DNA from: Nitrospirales bacterium | Lineage (GTDB): Bacteria; Nitrospirota; Nitrospiria; Nitrospirales; UBA8639 | Reading direction: 5' to 3' | Assembly (NCBI GenBank): GCA_965203295.1 | Contig: CBDBCZ010000018.1 | Coordinates: 256,001-320,000 of the forward strand | Length of the DNA: 64,000 nucleotides | In this document: positions 12,190 through 25,670 of the stretch, in pieces | How positions within the stretch are numbered: position 1 is the stretch's first letter | How the letters are laid out: each line of letters opens with the position of its first letter | Position numbers and translations under genes: made by a program | The notes under the pieces: model-generated | Database searches by the model: none | Told to the model about the DNA's origin: nothing | The model's input: the letters and a program-made list of their open reading frames with translations, nothing else

Positions 12190-12935
12190 AACTTAGTGGA
12201 AGGCATAAAGGTTTTTAGTATGTGTCCCACTATGAATAGTTTGTGCATTAAGTATGTGCCACATTGTGGCATAAAGTTTAGGAAAGGAACCCTGATGGGT
12301 TTTGACAGTTGCACTCAGGAGACAGTGACAAGTCTTTTAGTATGCTTCCCACCATTTGGGGTTTACAAGAGCCACATTGTGGCACATAACTTGGAGAAGT
12401 AACCTTGGTGGTGTTTGATGGCTGCAGCACACTTAGTGGAAGGGTGTCATATTATTAGGGGTGGTTCCCATCATGTAGAGTTTATGCATCATGCATGTGC
12501 CACATTGCGGCACAAAGCTTGGGGAAGAAACCTCAGTGGGGTTTCACAGCTACAGCAGTGGAAGGTACTAAGCCTGTAGGTATGTATCCAATCATGTGGG
12601 GTTCATGCACTATGCATGTGCCACAATTGTGGCACAAACCCGCATGAAGAACCCCAGTGGGGTGTGATGGCTGCACAGTAATTGGAGATGGATTGCCAAC
12701 CCGTTGATATAAGTTGGTTTAGTTGTGCCACAAAACCTCCGAAGGCCCTGGTCGGTGGCGACCGTCCGCCACAAAAAGCCGACATTTGCCGCTTTTCGGA
12801 GGCACGTGCCACCTTTTGTGCCTCTCAGATCATGTGCCACACCACCAGAGCTTTTGCCAACATCTCGGGTTTGTATTTTTTGCTGCTATGTATGCCACTG
12901 AGCATGGCAAACTTACAATTTACCACTTAGTAGTG
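12190..12935 (-). mobile_element. Probable terminus of a non-autonomous CACTA element with subterminal GTGCCAC/GTGGCAC repeats
   Basis: Ends in TAGTAGTG (reverse complement CACTACTA) at 12935, with many dispersed GTGCCAC motifs inside. The other end was not found. Confidence 0.45.
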
Positions 12936-13479
12936 CCCTGCCACGGAGATCACATGCCACCCTCTCGGGTTTGTTTTCTTACTGCGACTTGTACTTCATG
13001 AAGTACCGTAAATTTTGGGATTTCATTACAAGATGGTAGTCTTCAGTTGTCTTGTTATATTGTTAGGGAATTTGAGACGGTAAATTTGTAACTTAGTTTT
13101 CCATTTTGTAATCACTTGTTTGAGAGGAGTTTGTATTTTTACTCTTCTGGTGTAGAAACAGATGGTTGTAAGTGTGGAAACGGATGGCCACCAAATACAA
13201 AGGTTAGTCGGTGAGTAGATTCTGATAATCAAAGGTGATATAAAAATGGTCAGTCTATGCAGGGTGGAAGTAAATAGTGGTGTTAGTTTGGGACTATGGG
13301 GAACATTCTTGAAAGACTCAGCTGACTCATCATCCACACCTCAACTTTATCAAACTGTAGTTTGATAAACCAAACAATTTGCGTAGTGCTCACTGAAGAC
13401 AATGTGATTAAAGTGAACATTGATTGAATAAAATAGTGATGTGTAAATCAGAAGGAATATGAAATTATGATTAGGTTAA

Positions 13480-13622
13480 CTCTTTACCGACCAATGACGC
13501 ATATATGCGTCATGAGCTCCCATAAGCCCATATGAATTTATATGGGGGGTTTAATACTAGGCGTTAATACTTTGTACAGGCTTTTCTGCTTCTTTAAGCC
13601 GTTTCTTATGGTTGGTAAAGGG
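13480..13622. mobile_element. piggyBac-like MITE (143 bp)
   Basis: TTAA|CTCTTTACCGACCA ... TGGTTGGTAAAGGG|TTAA. Confidence 0.85.
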
Positions 13623-13755
13623 TTAAACTGCATGAGCAGAAATAGGGTTACAAGATGTGGGAATGTGGGCTTATGGGTTAAGACTTGAAGACACATGCTT
13701 CCATAATAACAGTAGGTGGGTAGATATGGGGCTTAGTGTAAAAGTGTGTGTGTAC

Positions 13756-15500
13756 TTATTTCTTTATCTTGAATGTTACATCCTTGGGGGTGCGATAAAG
13801 TGGATGTTGTTTGAGAAATTTCTTGCATTCCGCTGTTGTTGGGGTCAGGTAGCTCTTCAGATTATCGCGGAAGTGCTTTTTAATTGCCGCTACTTCTTTC
13901 TCATCATATGGGTTCACTTTATGCGGAGATCTTTTGGCTGACTTCTTCGCTGGCTCTACACTCCCATCTGAACTCACGCAATTTTTGTCCAAAAGAAGCT
14001 TTCTTCGGATCTTGTGTGCCTCTGCTGCTCTCTTGGCAGTTCGAAGTTTCTCGTAGTGCTTAATGTGCACTGTCTTCGAGTGTGACATCTGCGCCGTTAC
14101 CCAGGTTGCATCATCGCACTGTAGAGCACTTTTAGTGGCCCCCAACTTTCGAAGCTGGGTGCAGGTTGGCGTCAATATTGTACTTGTTTCCCAGCCACAG
14201 AATTAATCGATTGAGGTGTGTGATGGGCTTACCATTCAGGCCCACAAACAGATAGTCAGTCCTTGGGCTGCACAAGGACGAATATACTGGTGCAGGAGAG
14301 TTTTGTCCTTTTTGGACAGGGTAATGCTGGCAGGGCCCTGCATGGCTGTTTTATGCTAGGCAACCAGCATCACCCAGCAGTTCTCACCGGTCTCCTCATC
14401 AATGTCTCTTGTCAAAGATTCATATTCATCCATGTTGGCATTGACAATGGCCCCTAGTCTCTGCCATGTCAGGTAAGCCAGCTTGGTTACTACTGCAGCC
14501 AGAGCCAGCTTTCTTTCTGATTTCCTAGGGTGACCAATGGCCGCCTTGGCCATCACATCGCTCACGTCCTCCCAGATCTCTTTGCTTGTGACGAAGGCCC
14601 TCGCCTCCTCTAAACTGCTGACATCCTCTTCCGTTGCCAGTTTCTGCTGGAGCGCTCTAGTGGGGCGAATAGTTGCCCTCCACTGCCTAAGACGCTCTTC
14701 CATCACATTGCACCTCTGTGCAAGGGAAGCATCTTCATTGCCAGCCACTCTCAGTCGTATGTACCTCAGTCCATGTGTGAAGCGATTTAGTTTTGTCAGT
14801 TGTCCAGACAACCCACAGGCTCCGCTGGTGGTCAACATGTCCAAGCACTTCTGAACCTTACTCCGGTCTAGCAGATCAACCCACATTGGTTCCTTGGAAC
14901 CGGGACGAGCGTATCTCAAAAACTTATTTAGGTCAGCTGTAATCTGTTTCACTTCTGACTCCTTTCGGCCACCGTCCAGGTCTCGCAGGAACTTGCGAAA
15001 CCTTTCGAGTTCAGGATGTTTCGAGTGAAATTGTGCAAAATGTCGAGTGCTACTCTGCTGAGGCTCGTCTACTGATGGTAGTCGTAGGGGCTCTGTTTCT
15101 TAAGAAGGGAGATGATGGTTGGGGTGCCCTGCGGTCGTGGTAGAGGTACTGCTGCCTTTCTAACAACTTTGGCATAACTGCACATGTCCGATCTTTGTGT
15201 GTTGTTGAGGTGGTGGTGCTTTTCTTTCAAATGAGTCGATAGCCGTGCCTGTGGCTCAGCCCTGCATCCGGCCACGGGGCACGATTTTCTATGGTGACGA
15301 TCTTTACTTCTTGACGTGCCTTTCCGTCCTGCTTTTGAGGTGTGTAAGGATTCTTTACCTTTGGGATCTCGTTGAAACATCAGAGTCCAAGTCGTCTGAG
15401 TCTTCAATGGTGGCCCTCTTGTGGCGACAGTTTGAGGTAGCCAAAACCGCCTCTGAGCTGGATCCAGATCCTTCTCCAGACCCACCAACAACATCAACAT
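13756..15500 (-). pseudogene. Tyrosine recombinase of a second (non-DUF3504) family with N-terminal C2H2-like finger and C-terminal Myb/SANT-like segment; frameshifted
   Basis: CPVAGC..RLSTHLKEKH, WQRLGAIVNA (R), HKT..QGPA (K), TQLRKLGAT, QMSHS and KHY are spread over ORFs 15069-15500, 14356-14952 and 13756-14175. Confidence 0.8.
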
Positions 15501-15844
15501 CCGGGTCCAGTGGCTATAGTTTATGTACAGAATGTAAGATGACTAGTATTCAGTCTTTACCTAAAATGGATGTTTTGTACCTGCATTCATTACTGCAGGC
15601 GGTGGCGGCAGGTAGTCGAAGTTAGCTAGATAGGAATTCATGAAGTCAAATGGATTTCTCGGTCTTGTTCTAGACAAGTGTTTTTGCACGCAATGGAATC
15701 ATTCATTAAAATCATCCACCATGCTATGTTTAACACTTACTGGTGTTTGACTGTCACTGGAAATCGTATTAGCTTCAATACTTCAATAGCAATACTTCAC
15801 TAGCTTGAAATACAGTTACAACAGTGGTAGCACAAAGTATAAAC

Positions 15845-15897
15845 GCACGACCGGTTTCGGCAGGATAGCTTTTGCTACGAGTGGCTTCTTCAGGTGC
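15845..15897 (-). ncRNA. Minimal type I hammerhead ribozyme motif (Penelope-associated type)
   Basis: Minus strand reads GCAC-CUGAAGA-AGCCA...UGCC-GAAA-CCGG-UC-GUGC: core boxes, stem I GCAC/GUGC and a palindromic mini stem III. Stem II has a mismatch. Confidence 0.6.
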
Positions 15898-16296
15898 AAT
15901 ACTAGTGAAAAACTGCATGAATCAATCAGGATTGGGGTTCAGGGTAAAAACCGAATCTCCATCACCACTCCCAACACCAGGCCCTCCCACTTCAGGGGAC
16001 ATCACCCGAGGCATCCTGTCTGGTGGTGTTTCGCCGGTCGGGGTGGGGTCTTCGCGGTGGCGGATTCAGGTAGTAGGCGTCATCATCAGTACGGGCATCG
16101 TCTGGTCGTCGTCTCGGTAGTGGGCATCGTCTCCTGTACTGCTGTCGTCTCCATAGTCTGTCTCAATCTGGATTGGTAAAAGAAATTGTGTGGTGAATTG
16201 TAGAGTTCCTTAGTGTTGTTTTCATTGGTCGGCGTTGTCAGCGGCTAGCGCGTTGTAAATGAAATCACAGAGATAGGTTGCTCAAATTTTAATTTC

Positions 16297-17480
16297 AAGC
16301 TTTCGGCATATGGGAATAGCCTTCAGGGAATGGATAGTGTAAGATGTGGTTGTACTTATTTACTCTGTGAACAGAAAAAGCCAGCTGTCAGGGGTGTGTA
16401 GGAATGTCCTAGCCGGGATGAGATGATGCTGGAGGTGTGTAGGAATGTCCTTCCCGGGATGGGTGACATGAACCTGGGCCCAAGTTAGTTCCGTAGAACC
16501 CAACTTCAGATAACCAGGCAGGGGTGTTTGATACAAAGACCAAAAAGGGTGATGCTTGATGACTCGTAGGGGTGATTTACAATATAATTTTTAAGGGGGG
16601 ATTTACAATATAATATTAAGGGGGGATATAATAACTTAGTGATACCGAGAGTTCAGGCCATGTGGGAGGGTGGTGTTGAATAGTTGTATGAAGTGCCTTT
16701 CTCTGTCGTGTAGGTCTTCGGCCCGGCATTTCTGCAGTGGGATCACCCGGTGATCTTTCTTGAAATCGTGTCCTTATCTTTGGAAGTGGCGGTAGATGGG
16801 CCATTCACGGTGTTCCTTGGCAGCGGCCCTGTGGTGACGAAGTCGGAGACAAAGGGACTGTGAAGTTTGTCCTATATGTATTGTACTTATATACTCTGTG
16901 AACAGAAAAAGCCAGCTGTCAGGGGTGTGTAGGAATGTCCTAGCCGGGATGAGATGATGTTGGAGGTGTGTAGGAATGTCCTTCCAGGGATGGTTGACAT
17001 GAACCTGGGTCCAAGTTAGTTCCGTAGAACCCAACTTCAGACAACCAGGCAGGGGTGTTTGATAGAAAGACCAAAAAGGGTGATGCTTGATGACTCATAG
17101 GGGTGATTTACAATATAATATTAAGGGGGGATATAATAACTTAGTGATACCAAGAGTTCAGGCCATGTGGGAGGGTGGTGTTGAATAGTTGTATGAAGTG
17201 CCTTTCTCTGTTGTGTAGGTCATCGGCCCGGCATTTCTGCAGTGGGATCACCCGGTGATCTTTCTTGAAATCGTGTCCTTATCTTTGGAAGTGGCGGTAG
17301 ATGGGCCATTCACGGTGTTCCTTGGCAGCGGCCCTGTGGTGACGAAGTCGGAGACAAAGGGACTGTGAAGTTTGTCCTATATGTATTGTTTATCACATTT
17401 GTTACATTCAATGCAGTATATTAGGCATTGGCTTGTGCATGTCATGGGTTTTGGGATGCGGTATCTGACATTGATGCTAT
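16297..17480 (-). mobile_element. Penelope-like retroelement remnant: GIY-YIG endonuclease 3' part in a ~530-bp partial tandem duplication
   Basis: Minus strand MTCTSQCLIYCIECNKCDKQYIGQTSQSLCLRLRHH. 16351-16881 is repeated at 16882-17388. A degenerate hammerhead-like CUGAAGGC..GCCGAAA lies at 16300-16327. Confidence 0.8.
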
Positions 17481-17519
17481 GGGAGGGTTAAGGTTAGGGA
17501 TAAGGTTAGGGCAATATCG

Positions 17520-18385
17520 AGGTAATAAAGTATCTTAATCTTGAAGTTGCTGCGGAAGAGGTTGCAGCAACAGCCCTCCGCTGCTTCAAGATGGTAGCTC
17601 GCAGTGGAAGGCTGCACTGCGCCCTGCCAAGCGCCTCCAGCAGGCCATCAAGCAGGACAGTGATGTATCTCGGACACTAAAGGAGGCCACTGCTCTACTG
17701 GATCGCAAAGACATCTGGCTAGATGTCACCACTGCCATGTCAAAGGGTCGGCACATTGAGAAGAAGGAAATGAAGTTGGTTGTGGCTGCCATACTGACGA
17801 AGCTTGCCTTTCATGGCAGCGGCCAGGAGCTACATTGGAAGAATTTTGGGAGGCCAGAAGAGAGACAGAAGGTGAAGAAGATGTGTACGTCATGCGGGTA
17901 GTTCGTCACAAAACAGCTCGGCAGGGTCCAGCTAACATTACAATGTTGAAACACGATTGGGAACTTGTCAAGAAGTATGTCAACAAGGTCCATCCACTCA
18001 CAGATCCATACGGTGAGTTCGACAGTCTGTTTCTGGACCAGGAGGACAAGCCAGTCAGAAACCTGTCTAGTCATATCAGGTGGCTTGGGCAAAAATATGA
18101 GATGAATCTGCCAACCTGTACTGAGCTAAGGAAGGTGGCTGCTACGGCAAGCATGGAGCTCCCTCCAGGGTAAGTGATATTAGTTCCGGCACAAATCTGT
18201 CACACGATGCCAGTGCACATAAAGTTCTATAAAAAAGCTCGCGGTGCTAAGCAAGCCGCGAAAGCCCACAAGCTGTGCGATGAACTTCGCAAAAGGGAAG
18301 CACACCTCTCACCAACTAGTGACCCTGAGGATGGATCCTTCTCAGAGAAGGCAGCAGGTATCCCAAAGCACACGAGAGTACCTTA
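17520..18385 (+). pseudogene. Second copy of the non-DUF3504 tyrosine recombinase family, diverged and disrupted
   Basis: QWKAALRPAKRLQQ, LTKLAF/WQRPGA, RHKTARQGPA, TCTELRKVAAT and QICHT..HIKFY are colinear with the 13756-15500 protein. Confidence 0.8.
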
Positions 18386-18960
18386 CTTTGCGATTTTGCC
18401 ATTTTGCGGCTATTTCAAGTTCTTTGCGATCTTTGTGATTGTGGCGGCAGCATTCCCATTCTCTGCCAATCTCGGCTGAAGTGGGTATGTACCGTACGCT
18501 TCTTGGCCTTCTGTTGGCTGGCTTGTTTCTCCAACGCACGCTTTACACTCTCGTTCACTTTGCGAGTTACCACCGCTCCGATTGCAGTGTCCTCCCGGCT
18601 GGGACTCATAGTAAAATACTGCAGAGTACTCATATTGAAATAGCTGCTGCTGTAGAAGCATGAACTGTCACTTTTCCTAGTCTCGTTCAGTGTTCGTTAA
18701 CCGCACCCACTAAAAACCACGCCCACAAATCATTGTTTAATGTTTTGCAATCTTATATTTGCGATGCTGTAACGACTTGCAAAATTCGCAAAAGTAAATA
18801 AAGTTCACGCAAAATATTGTAGCATTATGGTATAGCTTGCAGGAGCAAGCCTGAGTCAGCCACACACTAGAGAGATAATTAGCTTAACAATTATGGTTGA
18901 GCCTTGGTGTTGTACACACCAAAAGTAATTAATTTGACCATTAACTCCTTATGCAGACTG

Positions 18961-20280
18961 ATCACTGTCACTACTGTCTCCACTGTTACTACTGTCTCTA
19001 CTGTCACCAAAAGTAATTAATATGACCATTAACTGCTTATGCAGACTGATCGCTGTCACTACTGTCACTACTGTCACTACCGTCTCCACTGTCACTACCG
19101 TCTCCACTGTCACTACTGTCTCCACTGTCTCTACCGTCTCCACTGTCACTACCGTCTCCACGTCACTACTGTCTCCACTGTCACTACCGTCTCCACTGTC
19201 ACTACTGTCACTACTGTCACTACCGTCTCCACTGTCACTACAGTCTCCACTGTCACTACTGTCTCCACTGTCACTACCGTCTCCACTGTCACTACTGTCT
19301 CCACTGTCACTTCTGTCTCCACTGTCACTACTGTCTTTACTGTCACTACTGTCTCCAATGTCACTATACAGTCTCCTCTGTCACTTACTGCCTTTACTGT
19401 CACTACTGTCTCCACTGTCACCACTGTCTCCACTGTCACTACTGTCTCCACTGTCACTACTGTCTCCACTGTCACTGCTGTCTTTACTGTCACTACTGTC
19501 TCCACTGTCACTACTGTCACCACTGTCACTTCTGTCACTACCGTCTCCACTGTCACTACCGTCTCCACTGTCACTATTGTCTCCACTGTCTCTACCGTCT
19601 CCACTGTCACTACCGTCTCCACTGTCACTACCGTCTCCACTGTCACTACTGTCTCCACTATCACTACTGTCTCCACTGTTTCTACTGTCACTACTGTCTC
19701 CACTGTCTCTACCGTCTCCACTGTCACCACTGTCACTACTGTCTCCACTGTCACTACTGTCTCCGCTGTCACTTCTGTCTCCACTGTCACTACTGTCTCC
19801 GCTGTCACTACTGTCTCCACTGTCACTACCGTCTCCACTGTCACTACAGTCTCTACTATCACTACTGTCTCCACTGTCTCTACCGTCTCCACTGTCACTA
19901 CCGTCTCCACTGTCACTACCGTCTCCACTGTCACTACTGTCTCTACTGTCACTACGGTCTCCACTGTCACTACCGTCTCCATTGTCACTACTGTCTCTAC
20001 TGTCTCCTGTGTCATTACTGTCTCCACTGTCACTTCTGTCTCCACTGTCACTACTGTCTCCACTGTCACTACTGTCACTACTGTCTTTACTGTCACTACT
20101 GTCTCCACTGTCACTACCGTCTCCACTGTCACTGCTGTCTCCACTATCACTACTCTCTCCACTGTCACTACTGTCTCCACTGACACTACTGTCTCCTGTC
20201 ACTACTGTCTTCGCCACTACTTTCTTTGCTTGTCTCCATAGTCACACTGTCACTACTGTCATCACTATCACTATTGTCTG
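18961..20280 (+). repeat. 9/18-bp minisatellite (ACTGTCACT-ACTGTCTCC)n, left arm of the TIR
   Basis: Direct inspection; it produces the spurious long TVST/DSSDSG ORFs. Confidence 0.97.
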
Positions 20281-20369
20281 TACTGTCTGCACAGTCACAG
20301 CTCGTATCAATTATAGCGGTACGACATTATTGTATCAAGTTCCCATATTTTCTCCCCTTCCTCTCCTCT

Positions 20370-20844
<475 letters not shown>

Positions 20845-21296
20845 CTAAGGATAGCACTGTGACATGGGCAATGAGCTTGAGTACCAATACACACTTATCA
20901 ACACAATCCTTGCTGGTAACAGTGTTGTTACCCGGAGGTTGTAGCTAAGTCCATCTATCAACGGTGATATTTTACACACAGTTGTGTAAACAGGTGTTTA
21001 TAATGGACTGGAACAAGAACTATGCTCATTTTGTTATGTCACCATGTTTTTTAGTAACTAAGCATAGTATGGCTTTCATGTGAGATCTACTCTACTTAAG
21101 CAGTCTTGTATTGTTAGTTGAACTCAGTGAACATTGCAGTCTGTTATTTCTCTGCTGAATTAGTGAGATAAAAGGCATATTCAAGGTCTACTGCATTTCA
21201 GACATCGCATTTCAAGTGATGCTTTAGCAACCAAGCAACAAAATTCGAGTGATGTTCTTATAAAGACAGAAAACATCATATCATAGAAAGGAACAA

Positions 21297-24200
21297 ATGT
21301 CTCAAGCACTTGATGGATCATCTGCTGATGCAGCTCAAAGTCATACAAGTATGCCATCTGTTACTCTTGTGTGTGTATGCATGATGTGGGTGTGTATGTG
21401 TGTGTGTGGTCACTGTTATCTTTGTTTTGTATTTTTGCTAATAATAATTACGGTTGTGTATATATCAGTCCTAGGTTCAATTGTCCAACAGTTACTATAA
21501 ATTTTCATGTTTTTACTAGGCACATCAGAGCAACAGAATGCTGCAAGTTCCCTGGAGCATGCAACAGGTATGTATCCTTCTGTGTTCCACCACAATTTAG
21601 AGTATGGTTCCACCGGAGTTGTAATAAGTAAATGTGTGCTTCAATACCAACTTCTTGAAAGAAAACTTTGCAGAGAACTGTAATTGTTTACATTCACTTG
21701 GACATTGTAGTCACAGGTACTTAATTTTATTGAGGACTAGAGTCTATAATTATCTACATATAATACTGCATTCAGGGTACTATGATGATGACGAAAGACA
21801 CCGATTCGGAACAACAAACAAAAAGGGCCAAAATCGACCACTGTCAAACTTTTCATTTACGTTTGTCAAGAAGATACTCGCAGTGAGCCATGCAAGCACT
21901 GGATATGTTGTTGAAGTGACCCCAGAATGTGTGGGCGGTGAGGAAAGTGGCTCTGAGAGCGAGTTAGAGGACTCGTGCAATCCCGGTTCAAGGTACATAA
22001 TATGTGTTGGTTGTATGCACAGTTAAATATCGCAGCCTAAAGCAATGTTTATATGTAATTATGCTTGTGTGTATATGCACAGCTTACATTTATGGTCAGT
22101 CAGGCTCTTCAGTACCAAAACTTGTTGTTTGTAATAATTTTCTGCATCTGCTACATCAATCAGTACATGATCTCTGTACTATGATTATACAGGACCAAGC
22201 TGTGCTTCTTCACATCAAATTCAACGATGAGGAAGGCAGATTTCATGGAACAACTGAACAGCTCAATCAAAGAGGGTGGACTAACCTGCTCGTTCAATGA
22301 CTTCCAACTGTCGGAATACATTCAACAAAAAAGGAGGAAGGCTGGTAGGATTCCAGTGAAACATGCGGTAGAGAAGGTTGGTCCGCAGAGTGACGGAAGC
22401 TGGGTGCTTAGTCCTTCAGTTCACATCAACACAGATGGCGAACTCATTGATGCTGACCACTCCAAGTATACCTGGATTGGGCACCTTTACCATGGCCCTG
22501 GGATTGCACCAGAGGGCACAGCATGCTGTGTTGCTTTGCCTCTATCGACCGAACCACTGATGCTCATGCTGCAGTGGTTGCAGCAAAACATGCAGCACAA
22601 TTTCATTCCATCACTGCTGGTCGTGGGGAGTTTTGCGATGGCCCTACACTACAAAACCATTGTGAGCCAGTTTCTCTATTGCCCAGTCCCACTGGCATTT
22701 GGACGAAGCTCAGGGACTGGAAAAACAACTGCTCTGCAGTGCGGTCTTGCTATGCTAGGTGCACATCCTTCTCGGTTCTATTCAAGAGCAACATATGAGA
22801 AGTATGCCGACTTGTGCGCAAGCAGCTACCTTCCGCTCGCGGTGGACGACCCGAAATCGAAAACCGCCATCAGCGACCTGACTGTGTCCCTCTTCAATGG
22901 GGCACAAGAGGGAACGATCGTTCACGGAGCAAAACAGCCACTATCGATGGCAGTTATTTCCACAAATTTCACCACCACTGAGTAAGAGAGGTATGGTGAA
23001 TATGTACATTATATAGCTACATCGTCAATTCATACATTTCATTCTACATACAGATACACCTCCAGGAATGTCCTAATTGAATTTGGGTATCCATGCCTAG
23101 ATATCTCCATGCTCGAGTACCGTGGCCTACCACCCCTTCTAGAACGGGTGTCCAGTGCTGTTGGCCGTGTCATTCGCCTCGGCAAGGTGTTTGTGGAGGA
23201 AGGCATCCAAGAAATGGAAGAAGTCATCAAGCCTGAGGTGGTCGACCTTCTCGGACACAAGGCGATTCCGAGGGTAATTCCATCGTACACCATCCTCATG
23301 TGGTTCACCTTCGAGGTATGCATTAATTTATCTGAAGAAGTAACACATATTAACTGCTTTAGCGTATTGATTTAAAGGTCCTGAAGGCTGTTGGGATGGA
23401 GCACTTGCGTGTGGACGTGCTGGAACATTTTCAGCAGAAGATGATGCCAACTATTTCCTCTCTTCAAGCACGCAGTGACATCTACCAGGGCAACATCAGT
23501 GAAGAGCCTCTGCCACCCGTGCAATCGAATTTGGCAAGGAAGTGGTGAAGTGCTGTGAGGGCACTGCACTGTACAAGGTGAAGACCAGTGTGTGCAATTA
23601 TAGTTACAGCTACACTGCAATCATGTGCTTGTGTACATACATCAAACCATGCTTATGTATGCAGCAACATTAGATAATAAATATGTAGTACCGATACTGT
23701 CAGATTTGTAGGTAGCTTTGTTAATCTTGCTTTCGTCCTGCATTGCCTGAGCTTTTTCGTTTGAAATAATTTTACTGAAGTTTGGCAAAAGTTGGCAGAG
23801 GAATATGGTGCTCCTGTGGGTCAACCAGCAGGTTTAGATTAGGGTTTTGTGCTGCTATCTGTGTTCCTGGTAGACACTGCATGCCTCAGTCCATTAACAC
23901 TTGTTTATAACACTATAAACATATCATTAAACACTTATAGTAACAATACTGTCAGATTTGTAGGTAGCTGTGCAAAGTACTGGAATTTCCTCTTCTACAC
24001 TCTAAAAAGAAGTTGGTAAATTTAACTGAGATTTTGTGGTAGTAGTTGTAAAAAAATATTTGTACTAAGGTAGCTACTACATATGTCCGAGTATGCAGTA
24101 ACTGTTAGGAGTTAGGCCTCATTTGTTCCTTACCATAAAGCCTTCGTTAACTGTAAAGTCTTTTATCCGATATAATCACTTTGCCTAGGTAACCAAGAAG

Positions 24201-25670
24201 TAGTCAGACTGTTTGCAATGTATGTCATAGTACCTGACTGTAAGATTTGCAGGTAGCTGTGTTAAGCACTGGAATTTCCTCTTGTCTGCCCTTTAACCCT
24301 GTTAGCTTGTGTATTGTATGTAGGTGTAATTATGTTTCAACAATGGAGGACAAAAGTTTGAGAACATCAGCAGTACATGTACATGTAGTACATCCTGTGG
24401 TAACACACTGCAATTTTCTACAGATATGGACTTTCTTGAGGACAGACACCACCCACAACAAACAGCAAGTGCTGGCTATTCGCCCAGAAGGTGTACCTTC
24501 TTTGAGGCCAGCCAGTGTACACTACATTCAAAAAGCTGTGAGGGATGCCAACATTGGGGTCAAGTCTGACAGGAAAGACTTCCTGGAAGGCATCCCAGAG
24601 CCAGGGGAAGTCATTTCCAAGGTACATTACCTTGTGTATATTGATGTATGTCACACAAACTATCACAGATTTTTAGTATATCAATGGTACATCTTGGGAA
24701 AAACACAGTGTTTCAATACACTACCACTGATTTGCTAATATGTTACAAGTTGCATACATGTAGTATGTGTCTGCGTTCAAACAAACCCTCATAGATATGT
24801 AGCTACATGTCCATCATGCTATACAATTGTTCTCATTCCAGGTGTCAAGAGCAACAGGGGCTAAGCAGAAGAGGTGCATCCTGGTCTACCTGCAAAACCT
24901 TTCCACCAGTGTGAAAGCAGACCTAGTACGAGGTACGTGTATACAAACCCATTATTATTTTTATTATTCTTGGACTCATCTCAGCTAATTGACAGTACTT
25001 TAGCAGGTGTATAGGGACTGTTATGACACTAGGTGCTATGGGTGTGAATACGTACATGTGTGGTACTGCTGATGGTTAACTGACAAATGTCATAATCCTA
25101 CATCTAACTGTTACAGTGAGCTCCAGTAGTACCAGTACTAGTGCACATCAGAAAGATGACATTTCTGAGGCCGACAGCGAAATGGACTGGGAAAGAGCCA
25201 GCAGACATATTGAGGCCATTGAGGCTGATGAGCTAGGTGTGGGGAGTGAGATAACTACGGAAGAAACACCCACAGAACAGCACACCACACCACCACCAGA
25301 AGTGCAAGGCCAGATCCCCGAACAAACCATCACAGCTCGGCACACCACACCACCACCAGAAGAGCAAGGCCAAATCCCCGAACAAACCATCACAGCTCGG
25401 CACACCACACCACCACCAGAAGAGCAAGGCCAAATCCCCGAACAAACCATCACAGCTCGGCACACCACACCACCACCAGAAGAGCAAGCCTCAGGTTCAG
25501 GAGAGCAAGGCATACACGAACGAAAAGAAACAGCAAAAAAGCTGGGGGGAAAACGATCACTACCACCCGATCCCAGCTCCACGGTTGGAAAAAGGACCCG
25601 ACGAGCAACCGGTCGGATGCCTGAGTGGTCCAAAACGCTCTTTGCAAAGGACATACTCCAACAAGATTAG
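21297..25670 (+). CDS. Spliced gene (~9 exons) for an SF3-helicase-like/AAA+ P-loop ATPase inside the foldback element
   Basis: Phase-compatible GT-AG exons 21297-21348, 21520-21567, 21776-21992, 22193-22981, 23054-23315, 23378-~23577, 24424-24621, 24842-24932 and 25117-25670. Walker A GRSSGTGKTT, Walker B LAVDD, motif C ISTN, Arg-finger-like YTSR. Probable 1-nt frameshift near 23522. Confidence 0.7.
25281..25490 (+). repeat. 60-bp coding tandem repeat (HTTPPPEEQGQIPEQTITAR) x3.5
   Basis: Near-identical in-frame copies in the last exon of the ATPase gene. Confidence 0.9.

Noticed and set aside
17484..17511. Telomere-like TTAGGG variants at the Penelope 5' junction
   Set aside because: Only 2-4 imperfect units; too short to claim telomere addition.
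18378..18832. Possible TA-flanked MITE interrupting the second YR copy
   Set aside because: Only one convincing terminus; the TIR pair cannot be shown.
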